From the NCBI GenBank assembly GCA_958009085.1, contig OY253689.1, forward strand, positions 62,001-126,000: a stretch of DNA of 64,000 nucleotides. Direction: 5' to 3'. The translations under genes were made by a program, and so were the position numbers. This document shows positions 1 through 13,912 of the stretch, one piece after another (within the stretch, counting starts at the first letter, position 1; every line of letters begins with the position of its first letter). The notes below the pieces were generated by a model. The model worked only from the letters and a program-made list of their open reading frames with translations, was not told the DNA's origin and made no database searches. Origin of the DNA: Protoeuglena noctilucae (taxonomy: Eukaryota).

Positions 1-1806
1 CAAGGACAAGGAGTTTGAGAAACCGGACGCCAAGCGCCTCCTGTCCATGACTGAGCTGGACGAGCTCGATGAGAAGGACCGGGAGACGCGGTTTGGGGCG
101 GCCATGTGCGCCCTCAGCATCTTCAGGTGTGACCTGACTCAGGGGAGCGCTGCAGAGGCCGCAGTTGATTCGTAAGCTTGGACTTCGACTACTCTCCGCC
201 CTTCCCTCGGTGCTTGGCAGGTACGTGACGGACAACGCGGCACGCCTGTCCCTGGGCACCGTGTCGCGCATCCAGTCAACCCACGACATGCCCTTGGCGC
301 TGCTGGCGATGCTGGACAACCCGCCGTGGGAGCGGCGCCGGGACGGGGTCCTCGAGGCGAGGGCGGCGCAGGCACTGGCAGTGCTGCGGAGGGTACAGGG
401 ATGACGCGCCGTGTGCCAAACCTCGACCCTCGGTGCCCCGCAGCGCCTGGTGGAGAACAAGTGGACGGAGGTGGCGGGCGCGGAGCGCGTGCGTCTCTGC
501 CAGAACGCCGCGCAGGTGTGGCTGGCCCTCAACAACCTGGTGGTGGACGACCGCTTCCGTCAGCGGTACCAGTGGGACGGGTTCCGCAAGGAGTCGCTGC
601 AGAAGGTGAGGGGCAGTCGCACTGGGTGCCACTCTTGCAATAGCAGGCAATGTTGCCAATACCTGTCTGCCAGGCCCTCCTTGCTCCTATACCCCGCAGG
701 CCAAGCGCCACATGAACGAGGTGCTGTTCGACCAGCTCCCGCCGCTCAAGGACCTGCAGCGGGTGGTGGAGGAAATCAACCTGGGGGCGCAGGCGGCCGC
801 GGGTGCTGAGCCGGCCGGGCGTGGTCTGCTGATCCTGGAGCAGGTCCCGCACATCCGGGAGGGGATGCTGGCGTGCAAGGACTGGGACGCGGCAGCGCAG
901 GTGGGGAGGGGTGGCAGCAGTGGCGGTTGTCACCATTTACTGACTCGCAAAGGCAGTTGCGACCCTCGTCATGTCGATGCCTAGTACACGACCAACTGCG
1001 TTCATCGGTCCGTGTGCCGCAGTCGATGGTGAACCGGGTTTTCCGTGCGGGGAAGAAGGAGCGTGACCAGTACACGCGGCAGCGCGTGGATGACATGGTG
1101 AAGGCATTTGAGATGATGATGGAGATGGAGGGGACGGGGGAGGGGGTGGCGCCGGGGAGGGGGGAGGAGGACGTCGTGTACTTCGAGAGCAAGCGCAAGG
1201 CAGCCGGGGGTGGGTGGGTCGTGCACGACCACTTCAGGCGAGAGATAGAAGGATCAAACGCGTCAGTCAAGGCCATTCAGAGGTGTGACGTCCAATGCTG
1301 AGTTGTGACCACTGAACACCGCCTCCCCCGCAGCTGCCCCGTGGACCGCGGGCGTGACCCGGAGGCGGTGGAGTTGACGGGGGAGGACGGGACGGTGGTG
1401 CGGGGGACGCGGATGCGGCTGGCACCCCCGGCCAGCAGCGGCGTGGTGCCCATGCCCAGCGCGGGCAAGGTGGTGGTGCGCCACCGGGGCATGCAATGCG
1501 AGGCGCTAATCGACCTCCCCGCGCCCCACACCAAGGACGCCATCGCGACGGGTGAGGGTCGCCGATGCACAGGGGGGCGCGCTTCATCACGAATCTCGCC
1601 ATGACTGTGACTCACCGCCACTCCCTCAACCCCTTGCAGTGCCTGGGGTGGTGTGGCTGACGATCGGCATCCTGGCCACGGACGGCTTTGCCCTCCAGCT
1701 GAAGCTCAAGCGCGACGCCGGCGCGGCGGTCAGGGACAAGGAGGCGGGGGTGTACTGCGCGTACGTGCCCGTGGGGGGTGCCGTGACGGTGCGGGACACG
1801 AGCTGA
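1..1806 (+). CDS. ZMYND10: ZMYND10/BLU-like axonemal dynein assembly factor (5' partial, multi-exon), lacking the MYND finger
   Basis: Spliced exons give THDMPLALLAMLDNPPWERR, QVWLALNNL, NEVLFDQLPPLKDLQR and LILEQVPHIRE, matching the ZMYND10 N-terminal body. Stop at 1804-1806. Confidence 0.8.
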
Positions 1807-1927
1807 CACGCGTGTGACTTGCGAGAGTCCTGGCGTGACGCAACCATGGAATCGCACGATTAAATAAGTGGAAGACGGTTTGACGAGAAAGGGCTGGTCA
1901 CATGGGAAGCACTTGCTAAGCGGAACG

Positions 1928-3366
1928 TCAGGCGAGCGTGGCCGTCACGTCGTCATAGGCCGCGGCGCAGGCGGCGACACCGAGGATGGCGCCCAGGGTA
2001 TCTAGGAAGGGCGAGGGGGGGCGGTCCTGCAGGGGGATGGCGAGGGCGTCGATGCCCAGGGACACCACGGCCGCCAGGTTGAGGGCCAGCGGGAGGTGGG
2101 GCTTGACGGATGCCATGGAGGGTCCCGTGGCCGCCACGTGGAAGAAGAGAGCACTGCGGGCGGGATATGCACGCAGCATGGAGAGGCCTGCTTATAGAGT
2201 TTCCATGACTGTTGGTCCTCCTCAATGACTGCCACCCCACCCCCGCCTCGCCTGGCCGAGCTCGCCGCGAATGCCACGGCCGACACGATGGCTGCCGTGG
2301 CTGTGCCCACGTGCGCCCCCGACCGCAGCTCCCCCAGGGCCGCGCTCGCCACGGCCAGCACCGGCAGAGGGGCCGCGTTCTCATAAAGCACCGCGTTGAA
2401 GGGGGACACGTCGCCCTGCCCAGCCAGGACCGGTCGCAGGTACGCCTGGGCCCACTCGGGGAGGCTGCCACGCTCCAGGGCACCCGCCCCGCCCAGCCGG
2501 ATCTGCGGATGCGGTGTTGTTGCTGCGTTCCGCTAACCACGCCATTTCCTCACACCAGTCCCACGGCGCGCTGCTTGCGTCGCTCGCACCTTGTGCCAGG
2601 CAGTGTGCGCGGCTGTGCTGGCCACCAGCAGCCCCGCCTCCACCGCGGTCCCCACGGACAGGCCTGCACCCGACCCCAGGAGGGACATCAGCAGGCCCCC
2701 TGATGCCACCGCCACAGCCGCCGTCGCGAGGGGCGCTGCCTCGGCCCCCACAGCTGCCGCTGCCAGCGCCGGCCCCGCCACTCGCCCCACCGCCGTTGCC
2801 GCCACGCCCGTCGCCAGGGATGTGCGCCCGAGGACGCGGGCGAGCAGCACCACACGCAATCCCTGGGCCAGGGCGCCCGGGTGGGACGAGTACAGGGCCT
2901 GCCAGGTGGGCCGCGACAGCTGGAGGGGAAAAACGGCCACGCGGTCGAGGACGACGAGCAGAGCGAGGGCCAGGGCCAGGTGCAGGGTGGCGAGGAGGGC
3001 GGGGGCCTGGGTGTAGAGCGCGGCCTCATGCAGGAGGGCGGACCCCAGCGCAGCCGCAGCGACCCAGATGACGGCCCCGGCGAACGGGCCCGCCACCCGC
3101 ACCATCGCCTCCATCGCCTCCAGGTCCCGCTGAGTCCGCAGCTCTGAGGGCACACTTCTACCGTATTCGGGCAGGGTCCGCCACCGCAATGCGCTGGGCT
3201 CTAAGCAGTCGACAGCCAATGCGCAAAGACGGTGAAGGTACAACTGCGACATGTTGCATACGACCAATAACCATTCCCGACCTTGCGCGCTGAACGACGG
3301 CGGCGGAGCGTTGCCAGGTGCTTGCGAAGCGCTTCGAGCATCCTGGCCTGAAGACGTCGACGGCAC
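1928..3366 (-). CDS. Multi-pass membrane protein, possibly a divergent nucleotide-sugar/DMT-family transporter
   Basis: Several hydrophobic segments in ORFs 2533-3366, 2002-2409 and 1928-2179. SPFNAVLYENAAPLPVL resembles the GONST-type 'xLYNNxxxLP' segment. The start is uncertain and may lie upstream near 3535. Confidence 0.4.
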
Positions 3367-4082
3367 CGCCTCCTGACGACCTCGCCCCCTGGACTTGGCG
3401 AGAACTGCGTCATGAAAAGCCCGGGTGGGTTATCGCGATCAGCAAGCGAATGCACGAGCGTGCACAAGCATCGCAACTTGCCCTCCTCAAAGTAGGCCCG
3501 CCCCGCCTCCTGCAGCGCCTGTCTGTCCTGCGTCATCGCTTGCTGTGTTTGCTGGCGCCCTCCGTGGGTGGGAGCTCTCAGGCAGGTCGACAGGTTGGAC
3601 GCGCCAGGGCCCACATCACGTCCAGCTCAGTGCAGGCCGTGCGAAGCCGTGACCGGACCGCGCTGCCCCAACACGCAGGCAGTGCGCAAATTGGATGTGC
3701 AGGTGGGACAGCGACGCGAAGCGGGCTCTACAACTGCGTGAAACTCTGTGCCCTGGCGCGGAGTCGGTGCGACCGACCTGGCCAGTCTCCCCAAACCCGA
3801 TCACGACGTGCGTGCGGGGCGCTGTGCTTGAAGAGAATCAGCTTGGCGTTGCCTATCCTGCGCTTGACCTTGCATTCTCTACCTTGCGCCCTCTTTCCAA
3901 CGCAGCGGGCGCTGTGCGCATCATCGGACCGTAACCCGCACTGGCGTCGCCGGGTCATTCGGAACTTACGCTCGTGCGCGTCGCTGGGAGGGAGGCGGGT
4001 CCCCAGCGCGCTCGCGCGGGCCTGAGGGAGGGGCCTCTGTGCACTCCATGCGGGCTTCCCCGCGGTAGCGCAGGCGCGGGAG

Positions 4083-7000
4083 ATGGGGATCCAGGACGCA
4101 GCTAACATCGCGCAGCTGGCCATCGAGGCCCGCGCCAAGGCGGTGGAGCTGCTCGTCTCGGAGCTACAGGCGAGCGCACGATGGTGCAAAGGGTTACGCC
4201 CTGGCTCCGACGCTCGCGGCCCCTGCAACCGGCTTCTCGCGTGCTCTCACAGGCGCATGAGGACCTGGCGCGCATCCCTCAGCTCCGCGCTCGCCTGGAG
4301 CGTAAGCTGGGCGACACGCAGCAGTGGCTGTCAAGCACGGTGTACAGCCAGGTGCAGGAGATGAAGGAGGGCCTGGACCTCATCACTGCGATGGGGACGA
4401 CCCTCGCGGACCTGCACGCGACCTTCCGCCGCATCGAGGAGCTGTGCGGGGAGTCGTCCGAGCTGATGGACGAGCACGAGCGGCTGGAGCTCCTCAGCGT
4501 GACGCGCGAGAACCTCCAGAAGCTGCAGGCGGACGTGCAGGGGATCTTATCCATACCCTTCGAGGCAGCCGCCGTCGAGGCCGCGCTTGGTAAGCAGGAG
4601 GGGGATTTGCTCATGGGGCTGCTCAGCGCGGCACCCGCGGCACAGTGCAAGCTGTGTGCGTTCAGCAAGCTGCTGTGGGCGTTCGCCAAGCTGCGTGCGT
4701 CCGTCTCTCCCCGCAGAAGTGCGCCCGATGGATCTCATGCCCGCATTTTGGGCCGTGGCCCGGCTGGAGGGCGCCTGCGCGGCACGTCGGGCAGAGTTGG
4801 ACGGGCCCTCGTCCACCCTGTCCCCGGCAGAGAAGCAGACCCTGGCGAGTGCCCCAGCACGAGAGCCCATGTTGACAGCAACCTGGCCAGCTCGTGTTAC
4901 AGACAGATGCTGTTGTTGCACATGGCGCACTGCGCGGGCATCGAGGGCGTTGAGGGCATTAACCTTCCCACCCCCGCTTCCCCCCACCCCAGGTCGCGTA
5001 CTTCCGCCAGGTCGAGGCTCTGTCGCGCAAGATGCAGCAGTCGCTGACGGAGCCCTTCCGAGACGTGCTGCGGCTGAGCGTCAAGGAGCCCCAGCGCCTC
5101 ATCGCGGCCGTGCGGGTGGTGGAGGTGCAGGAGCGGGCGCGGGTGCTGGTGGGGGCGGCCGGCAGGGGGGACGGGGCGGAGGCGCTGGCGGGGCCGGAGG
5201 CGTACGCGGCGGCGGGGCAGATGGAGTCCTTCTGGTACCTCGTGTGCCAGGGCATGCGCGCGTGGGTGCAGCAGCGCATGGGCGTCGCCATCGACATGTG
5301 CCAGAAGTACTGCAAGAAGGTCCTCGCCGAGGCAGAGAGGCGAGAGATGGGGATGTATGTGGGAGATGTACAAGATCACTAGCCAGGTCTGACTCACAGC
5401 TTCCTGTCCCCCTCTCCCCCGCAGCTCCAAGCCCCCGCCCCCCGTGACGCCCGACCCGAAGCAGAAGCGGGCAGCCGCCAAGGCATCCGCCAAGAAGGAG
5501 AAGGACAAGGGATCTACGGCGTCGGCCCCTGCAGCCCCCGTGGTCGAGGACCAGGTGGTGGTGGTGGGGGGGGGCCCAGGGGAGGGCGACGCCTCGACGC
5601 CGTCCACGGCGCCGGCCCCCGCCCCCCCCGAGCCCGAGCAGGACCCCGTGCTGGCCTTGCTGGACGCCATGGACGAGGGCTGTGGGGACCTCATCGCGGT
5701 GTTCGACAACGTGACCCTCTGCTTCCCCCCCGAGCGCAACGTGTTTAAGGTGCTGTGGGGCTTCTTCCACGAGGCCTTCAGCGAGTGCATCGGGTCCCTG
5801 TGCCACGTGGCGGGGTTCACCTCCAACAGCGACATCCTGGCCGTGCTGGGGTGGTCCATCGACTACTACAGCCGCATGGCGGCCCTGGGGCTGGAAGACG
5901 AGGGTGAGGGGACGCGAGATGGGGGGCGGGAGATGGATGGTGGCGTGTCCGGTGCAATGCAGTGGAGCAAGCAGCGTGGGGCAAGCAGGCATGCTGGCAC
6001 GACACAACTGCACAGTGCTTTATGGAGTGCGTGATGTGCTCACCCTGTCTTCCCTTGCAGAGACGGACTTCCTGCGCGTGCCTGGCGTCGGTGGCGGCAT
6101 CCAGCACATGATTGAGCAGTACACTGGGCGGTTGGAGGCGTCAGTGCTCAAGGCAAGTACGCACACCTACTGAGAGAGGGTACCGTATGGGGACGAGTGA
6201 TGGGAACGCTGCGTGCATCTCTGATATATCCACCCTCGTCACGTGCTTGCAGTGGACCAAGAACATCGTGGCTGCGGACATCAACCCCGAGATGAACTCG
6301 ATCGAGGAGATGCCCGACGGCCGCCTGTACACCAAGGGCCCCACGGACGTCTTCCGCATCCTGCACGAGCAGCTGCCGCTGGCGGCCAAGATCAAGATGC
6401 CGCTGCTGCACAGCCGCGTGGCCATGGCGCTGCTGCGGTGCGTGGCGGCCTTCCAGACCATGGAGAGGGAGGTGGTGGCCAGCGGGAAGGCACACTTCGA
6501 ACTGCTGGTGAGGCACTCGTGTGGTTCACAGCAGCAGGGTTGACCATGCCATGCTATGTACACAACAAGGCAGCAAGGCAGCGGCAGGGGCAGTTATTGT
6601 CATGATCCAGATCAGGGCCACGCTGCTGCTGAGTACACTACCGCTATGGTTGTCGCAGTGTGCGTTGGCCAACAACTGCTTCCGTTGCTACGACTTGACG
6701 GACACCTTCATGGAGGCCATGGCGCGGCAGCTGGCGGCGTTCGAGGCGGCGGGGGACGACCTGGACCTGGACGACCTGGGGGGCGGGGGGGCGTTAACCA
6801 CGAGTGCCACGGGGAGACTGGACCGGCGCATGGTGGCGGCAGAGGTCGACCGCATCAAGGAGGGGTTCGCCAAGGTAAGCATACGAGACACAGCTGTTGC
6901 ATTCACACTCCCTGCTCCTGCCAAGCTCCTCACATAGTGCATCTACCTGTGTCCCTTCTGTGTCTCTCCAGGCCGCCCGTGACGCGGCGTCCTTACTCCC

Positions 7001-8001
7001 CGGCATGGTCCTCGGGGACCCAGGGACCCAGGGGGTGCTGGACCAGCTGTGCCGCACGGCGGACCCCTGGCTGACCGGAGAGACTATCGCTGTGCTGGAC
7101 AAGACGGTGCGGGACTACTTGGAGGACTTGCAACGGTTCCTGGAGCCACCACTGTACAGGTGAGGGCAGCGTGTGGCATGGCATGAATGGTGCAGTCTCG
7201 TCAACTGGGTTGTACCTGCCAATGCATGCGGGGGCATTTCCAGCACTGTATGCGAATTGAGCGGGTCAACCAATACCCCGCTCTCCTGCATGCGTGTGGT
7301 GCTCGCCCCCTCACCAACTACACACGTGGTGACATGCATGGTCTGTCCCCTGCTCTCAGTTCCACGATCGAGGAGCTTGCCAATGCGGTGGCCGGCACCT
7401 ACTTCGACCTGGTGCTGCTGCGTGTGCCGGAGATCTCAGAGCCGGTGGTGGAGCGCATGCAGCAGGACGAGGGGGTGCTGCGGGAGATGTTTGAGTCGAT
7501 GGGGGCGAAGAAGAAGGCAGTGGAGAAGGCGCTGAGGAGACTCAGGTGCGGAGGGAGGGAGTGGGGTGGGCGTGCGGGTAGAGAGCGATGTGGGTGACAC
7601 GACGCGACTGGCACGGCACTGCCGTCACTGTGATGGCGTCACTTGCCGAGCTGTCTGTCCCGCCTTCTCGCAGGTCCCTCCAGAGTCTCGTGAGCTGCAG
7701 CAGCGTGGAGGACTGCAACTTCTGGTACTCGTCGATCCTCAAGGCCCCTGAGACGTCGTGGGTGACGCCGTCCGCCATCGACAAGCTGCTGGCCACGCGC
7801 AAGGGGCTCAGCAAGGGGGACCTGAAGGAGATATCGCAGAGCCTGCACGCACTCTTCAAACAGCTGCGGGAGGCGGGGGAGCTGAGGCAGGACACCTCGC
7901 AGCACGCAACAGCGACGGGGAGGCCCACGCCGGGGGACAGAAAGGCGGCGCACCGCAAGACCAACACGATTCTGGGACTGTTTGGGGGGAAGCGCGAGTG
8001 A
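4083..8001 (+). CDS. SEC6: Exocyst complex component SEC6/EXOC3 (multi-exon)
   Basis: The N-terminus LAIEARAKAVELL...LSSTVYSQVQEMKEGL...IEELCGESSELM...LLSVTRENL...VQGILSIPFEAAAVEAAL and the later WTKNIVAAD...DGRLYTKGPTDVFRILHEQ and CALANNCFRCYDL align with plant SEC6 as recalled. Confidence 0.9.
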
Positions 8002-8283
8002 AGAGATGCGCGCGCAAGACTGCTGCGTTGTCTATTGAAAAAGGCGTGGGCGTGACTGTCACTGGAAGGGCTGGCGCTTGCTCTGGGCCTCCCTCTTGCT
8101 CCGCACGAACGTCGCACGCAGCCGGTCGTACTCGTCCGGCCGCTGGTAGAGGGGGCAGTTGGTGCAGCAGTGGCGGACGGCCTCGGGCCCCGAGTCCGCA
8201 GCCACGCCCTGCGTGCATGCCGACGCCTCGCATCTGTCACATGGAACACTGCCGCACCCCGACTTGCATCGAACACAGCGTGT

Positions 8284-9994
8284 CTAGCAATGAGAGGCGC
8301 AGCAGTGTCTCACCCATGGGCACGCGCACAGCCTGGGCACTGCCACGCCGTCCGCCGGTGCCTCTTTGGCGGGGCTCCCAGCGCGGGGCTGCGGCGCCGA
8401 CCGGCCCCGCGCGCCCATCTCGCCCTGCGCCATGTTCTGCGGCAGGGGCGGCGAGGGCGCATTTGTAGCATGGCCCATGGTGTGTGCAGCGGCACCTCCC
8501 ATGTGCAATGCATGCCAGTCACCTTGGTTAAGGTCACGTACGCCTCCACGGCCTCCCTACGCCGCTCCTCCCTCGTCCGCGCCGACGTCGATGCCCCCGC
8601 CGTCGACGCCTCCCCGCCCCAACCGTCCCCCGGCACAGACGGCTCCAACCCCGCCAGCGCCCTCCTGCAAACACGTACGTGAGGCATCGAGTCATCACAA
8701 GCAAAAAGACACGGTCTTGAAAACTGGGTGGTTGTCATATGACGACACAACACAGCCCCCGCCGCAATCACAAACCGCCCTCACACCTCCGCTCCCTCCT
8801 CTCCGCCAGCTCCCGGTTCATCTCCGCCACCAGGGCATCCGCCGGGGCCATGCCCTCCGACGCAGACAGCGCGTCCTCCTCCTCCTCCTTCGCAGGGCCC
8901 GACTTGGCCATCTGCTCCAGCAAATTCCTCCTGCGTTGGTGACGGAGGTGACAGTTGCACAGTTGCCCAGTTACCACGACCACGCCTATCGTGACTGTAA
9001 GCCACGGATCGCCATGGCCCCTGCCAAGCGACGCAACACTTCCTCGCCACGCACCGTGCCGTGTCGGCATGATCCAGGTCCGCGGGGGCCGCCTCTGCCC
9101 CCACCGCGGTCGACTCCGACGACGACGACGACCCCAGCAGCGACGAACCCTGCCGGGACATCCGCTTCTGCATGGCGAGGGCACGAGGGGGCACCTTGAC
9201 GCCGACACAGGTGGTCAGCCCTTCCAAACAGCACTCATGCCACCACAGTGCTTTCTCCACGCCAATGGCACGCCTCACCTGCTCCTCCAGTCGCTCCTGG
9301 GTCTGTTTCTCACGGAGACGCCCCAAGAACGCCTCGTACCTCGCTTGGATTGCCTTCCTGTCCACCCCTGCGCCCACCGAGGATGCACAGGGTGCGTTGA
9401 CCCACGCCCAGCCCTTCCCTGTGCCCGGATACGGGCCCCGTCGCCAGCCACTCACCCCCGGAGCTCGAGAGCCCCATTCCATCGGTCTTCGCCACTCGGT
9501 GCTTGTGCGGCGAGGGCCTCGGCGCTCTGGGGCGCGCCTCTTCCTCCTTGGACGCCTGCTCCACCACCATGCTGGCCCCTGCAGGATGGGAGACGGGGCG
9601 GATGAGCGACGGGCGTGGCTCTTGCAACTCCGTGTTACACACGTGTTACAGTGACAAGCCGCCAGCGCTCTCTCACGCGTCCGCGCGTCGACCGTGGGCT
9701 CCTGGTGGCGAGCAACGCGCACGCGAATCAGGTCGAGCGACGTGTTCACTTCCATGTTGATGAACGCCCCCGACTGCCCATTGAACACTTTCTCCACGTA
9801 AGGGATGCCAAGGTCGACGCTGCGAGCGGGCGCGAGAGATGCAGGCTCGCTCGCGGGGCTCGTTCCCGCTTCGCCAGCCCTCGTGGCCTGGCCGACGTAG
9901 GCAGCGCGGCGACCCACCCTTGTCCCTCCGCCTGCCTCCCCAACAGCCGCATGCGTGTGACCACCGTGTCCCCGACTTTGACGTGCGCCGTCAT
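8284..9994 (-). CDS. Hypothetical multi-exon protein with coiled-coil-like segments
   Basis: Frame-consistent GT-AG splicing links MTAHVKVGD..., VDLGIPYVEKVFNG..., IQARYEAFLGRLREKQ and LVAEMNRELAERRERR. No family recognised; the 3' end is uncertain. Confidence 0.5.
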
Positions 9995-10289
9995 TTTCGC
10001 GCCCTCCGAGGTGTGTGCGCCCTAAATGGCGGATCGCGCGCGACGACTCCGGCTACAACGATCCCTCTGAAGCAATCCAAAACTATCGCTCGACAAAGCG
10101 ACGGCATCGTTGGCATTGACGCGGCTCCCAAAGAGCGGCACTTTTGAACTTTGCCCTGCCAGCTGACGGCGGCACTTGCAGCGGGGGTCCCTGCTTGCGC
10201 TCCCTGAGCGCGTGGCCCATGCAGACTTCCTCACGCCTCGCGACCCCGCCTACCCAGGCGACACACCGCTCGACCGGGCCCGCGCAGGC

Positions 10290-10979
10290 ATGGCGTCCGG
10301 GCAGAGGCGGGCGCCCCGCCCGTCTCTGCCGCTGGCGGTGCTCCTCTTCTTCGGCTCGTACTGGAGCTTGCTTTTCTTCATCATCTTGTGCATCGAGCTC
10401 ATCTGGAAAGGTGAGCGTGGCTCTTTGCAAAGCGTCGCGGGCCTGCCGTGGGTTGCATGCAAACCCGACGCTTCTGCTTTTCGCGCGGCAGGCTCTAACC
10501 TTCCCTACACGAACACCGGGTTCGGCCTTGACGTCGCGATCATCCTGCTATGGGCCATCATCGAGCCCATCCGCCTGCACCTCGCCAAGCAGGGCAACAA
10601 GTCGGGCATCGCCATGGCCCTTGTATGGCAGGTGTGCCCCTCGATGCCGGGCCGCCATCAAAGTGGCCGGCGCTCTTCTCTGACCCGGCGTTGCCCCCGC
10701 TGCAGGTCCTCCTGTCCCTGCCCCTCGCGGTCTTCTACGCGTACCAGCTCGCCCTGCAGACGTACGTCCTGCGCCTTGACCTCATCATCAGCAGGTGCGG
10801 GTCTGACGTCATCGCAGCAGCGGCAGTCGTAGCGTCGCGCAGTGGGCGCAATGGCGCCTCAACTACAGTGTCATCAATTGCTTTCAATGCGTGTCCTCCC
10901 CCACAGCATCTCCCTCATATTCCTGGGGTCCCAGCTCCTCTTCTCGACTCTCATGATAGCCGGCATCTCCATCCGATAA
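10290..10979 (+). CDS. TMEM216: Ciliary transition-zone protein, TMEM216/TMEM17/TMEM80 family (4 exons)
   Basis: SLPLAVLLFFGSYW...KG|SNLPY...IEPIRLHLAKQGN...YQLALQTYVLRLDLIIS|SISLIFLGSQLL. The LQTYVLRL motif and four TM helices are typical of the family. Confidence 0.8.
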
Positions 10980-11090
10980 GGGCGGCAAGGGGCGCCAATA
11001 GGCAAGCCGCGCCCCTGCAAGCTCAGCCGGGCGGGGTGGAGAGACACAAGCGCCCCTCCCCACGCCAATGCCGGTGCCATGCGCTGTGCA

Positions 11091-13444
11091 TCAGTCATCC
11101 CACGACACCATGAGCATGGCGCCCGCGACGCGGCAGGTGTCGAGCGCCGCGTCTGTCTCGGGCAGCGGGGGTGCACCTGGCAAGCCCTCCCGGACCACGA
11201 AGGCACGGCCGGTCGCTGCCTCGGGTACCACCGACCGGCAGAAGGCGTAGAGCGCCTGCAACGGTGATCAAGAAGAGCGTTGTTGTTGCTAACCAGCGAT
11301 TTTGGCGCCGCTGTGACCCGCCACGTGCATCCCCGCCATGCACGCGTGCCGTCCCCCTCACCTTGAGCGTGTCGCTCCCCTTGAACCTCCGGACCTCCCG
11401 CTTCCCCGACGGCAGCTTAATGGCCACGCGCACGGCCCCGGGGTCGTCGGCCGGTGGCTCAGGCGGCACGTCCCTCGCGTGCCGTGCCATGGCCTCCCCG
11501 GGGGACTCGCGCGGGGTCTCCACGATCTGAGAAGAGAGTGCCATAGACGGCAGATGGACACACGCAGGCGATCTGCATCTTACGACATGCGCTGCCGACG
11601 CCAGCTCTGCATTGGAAACACACAAATGCCACGCATATTCCCCACGCACCTCCACATCGTTGTCCTGGGCCCCAGCACCTGACCCTGACCCTGCCCCTGC
11701 CTTGGCCGCGGCGTCCTGCTCAGACATGGCGATGGCTTGGGCCAGGTCGTCGTCCTGCAGGGATCAGAGCACGACACGACGGCTGTCAAAGGAACCGATA
11801 GGTGTGAGCGCATCATGCAAGCACCACATAGCACGTTCCCACTCCCGCTTGCCTCGTCCACGTCGATGACGCCGACCGGTGCCGAGCGCCCCGCAGCGCC
11901 GGACGTCCCCATGCCGCTCGCCACGGGCGCCGACCTGGTCCCGCGGCCGCTGGCGATGCGCCGGGCCTTGGCCGCCAGCGTCGAGGCTCCTGTGTCCTCC
12001 GGGCCATTCTCGATGAAGTCCACCAGGGTCTCCATGAACGCCGACGGGTCCAGGAGCGCCGCGCCCTGGGTGCGGGCGCAGGGGCATGCCCGTCATCGAC
12101 ACGCCCCCCACCGATGTACCAAGCAGCAAGCCCTTGGCCCGCAGAGCTAGCGGCTGACCTTGATCGTCTTCATGAGCTGTCCCGTGGCCGGCTCGATCAC
12201 CAGCACCACCGGGAAGTCCTCCACGCGGTAATAGGACGTGACCATGCGGCCCTCCTCCGTGCGCGCGTCCACTGCAGCCACGGGGCAGGTGTAAGGGAGC
12301 CTCAGGGCATGGGCGCATATCATGCAGAGTTGGTCGTGGAGGGACGCTCCTGGCTGTGGGACAGCTGTCAGCGCTTCAGTGCATGTGACGCAATGGCCAC
12401 AAATCAAGCGACGTCGCACCCTGGAAGACGGAGAAGTTGGCCCGGACGACCTCCTTCACGTGGTCGTTGGTCCAGATGTTGCGGTTGAGGACGTGGCTCG
12501 CGAAGTCGTCGCCACGCTGCAGATTCGCCAGCAGCCACTTGCCTTCACGCTCCGCACGCATCTTGGCTGCGACGGGGGGGTGTCGACATGCATGTAGGAG
12601 TCGCAGCACTGCACCACGGACAGTCACCCCGCTGGACAGGGCAGGCCACGCCCGCCACCTTGGTCAAAGGAGCCGGGAGTGAGCAGGTCGGTCGGGGGAG
12701 CGAACATGCGGTTCATGGCGGAAGGCGGCAGGCCCATGGCCTCGGCGTCCAGGATGTGCTGTGCTCCCCGAAAGGCACGCGGCCCCATGAAAGGCGGGGC
12801 GTGGTCCACCAGGCGCTCTGCGACTTGGCAACAGTGCAAGGGCGGTGAGGCGAGCACCAAAGCGAGGTGTGTGTAACAGGCTGTGGCGACGCGGGGCTCA
12901 CCGATCCGCTGCGGCAACGCAGCGCGCATGCCGTCGTCTTCCGGTAACGACGGCGGCTCGTAGGTCGGGATGGGCATGGCCGAGGGAGCGTGCACGGGGG
13001 CCGACTCTCCAGACGCCCTGCCTACCCCGTACTCGGCTGCGGCGGAACCAAACGCGATACTTGTTATTTGAGAAATCATGTCACGACACAATCAAGCGGC
13101 GAAACGCCGCCTGGGCGCTTGAGCTTCAAGCTGCAAGCGCTCCGCACCTTCAGCAATCCTTCGTGCGACCTCGGCGTCGTCGGCCCCGCCAGCGCCTCCT
13201 GCCATGTGTATATCTACGGCCGACTCCAGATCCCATCCACAAGCCTGCGAGGCGACATCGGGGACGCTCTCGGGAGCGACACGACACCTCCCGAGGAAGA
13301 CGCTGAAGCACGCGCCCGCTGCCGCACCTCCAGCAGGTGACGCGCGACCTGCTCTTCATCTCCCGTGATCGCCAGGAACTGCGCGAGAGCCTCCTGCTGC
13401 TCTGTTGACAGCGGCGGGAGGTCGTCGTGTCCCTGCCCCGACAT
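11091..13444 (-). CDS. UBX-domain protein of the UBXN7/PUX7 type (UBA-like, UAS thioredoxin-like, UIM, UBX)
   Basis: ALAQFLAITG...ARHLLE (UBA-like); MFAPPTDLLTPGSFDQAK...KWLLANLQ...FASHVLNRNIW (UAS); DDDLAQAIAMS (UIM); VAIKLPSGKREVRRFKGSDTLK (UBX). Confidence 0.88.
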
Positions 13445-13912
13445 GACAGCAGATGGCCGGCCTGGACACCCCGCGCGTGGCAGCGACACGTCGACGACAC
13501 CGAGAGAGGGGTGTGGCTTTCGCAAAGGGACGGTGCGACGCACGAGGCTCGAAGCTCCACAAAACCAAAGGGCCCGCTACAGCTCCGTCCCGCGATGACC
13601 AGATCGATGCTGCTATCGTGTGGTTGGGCGACTTCGCTGAAAGCTGGCGATGACGCGTCGAGGTGCGGCTGAAAGTTGAGTGCCAATTCCTGCATTGCTG
13701 CGCCAGCGACACGCGGCTTGAATGTCCTGTCAAGGCTGCAGATCTTGACCAACACCCTGAAGTGCGCTGTCAACGTTCACATCAGCTCCTGTGCGCGCAA
13801 TCAGGCACTCGCAAAGACAGACTCGGCGACGCGGGAGGGCCACAACTGTGAGCCCCGCTTTGCAAGCCCCGCACGCGGCCTGCGGGCGCGCAGATGCCAT
13901 CGTGTCCTCACG

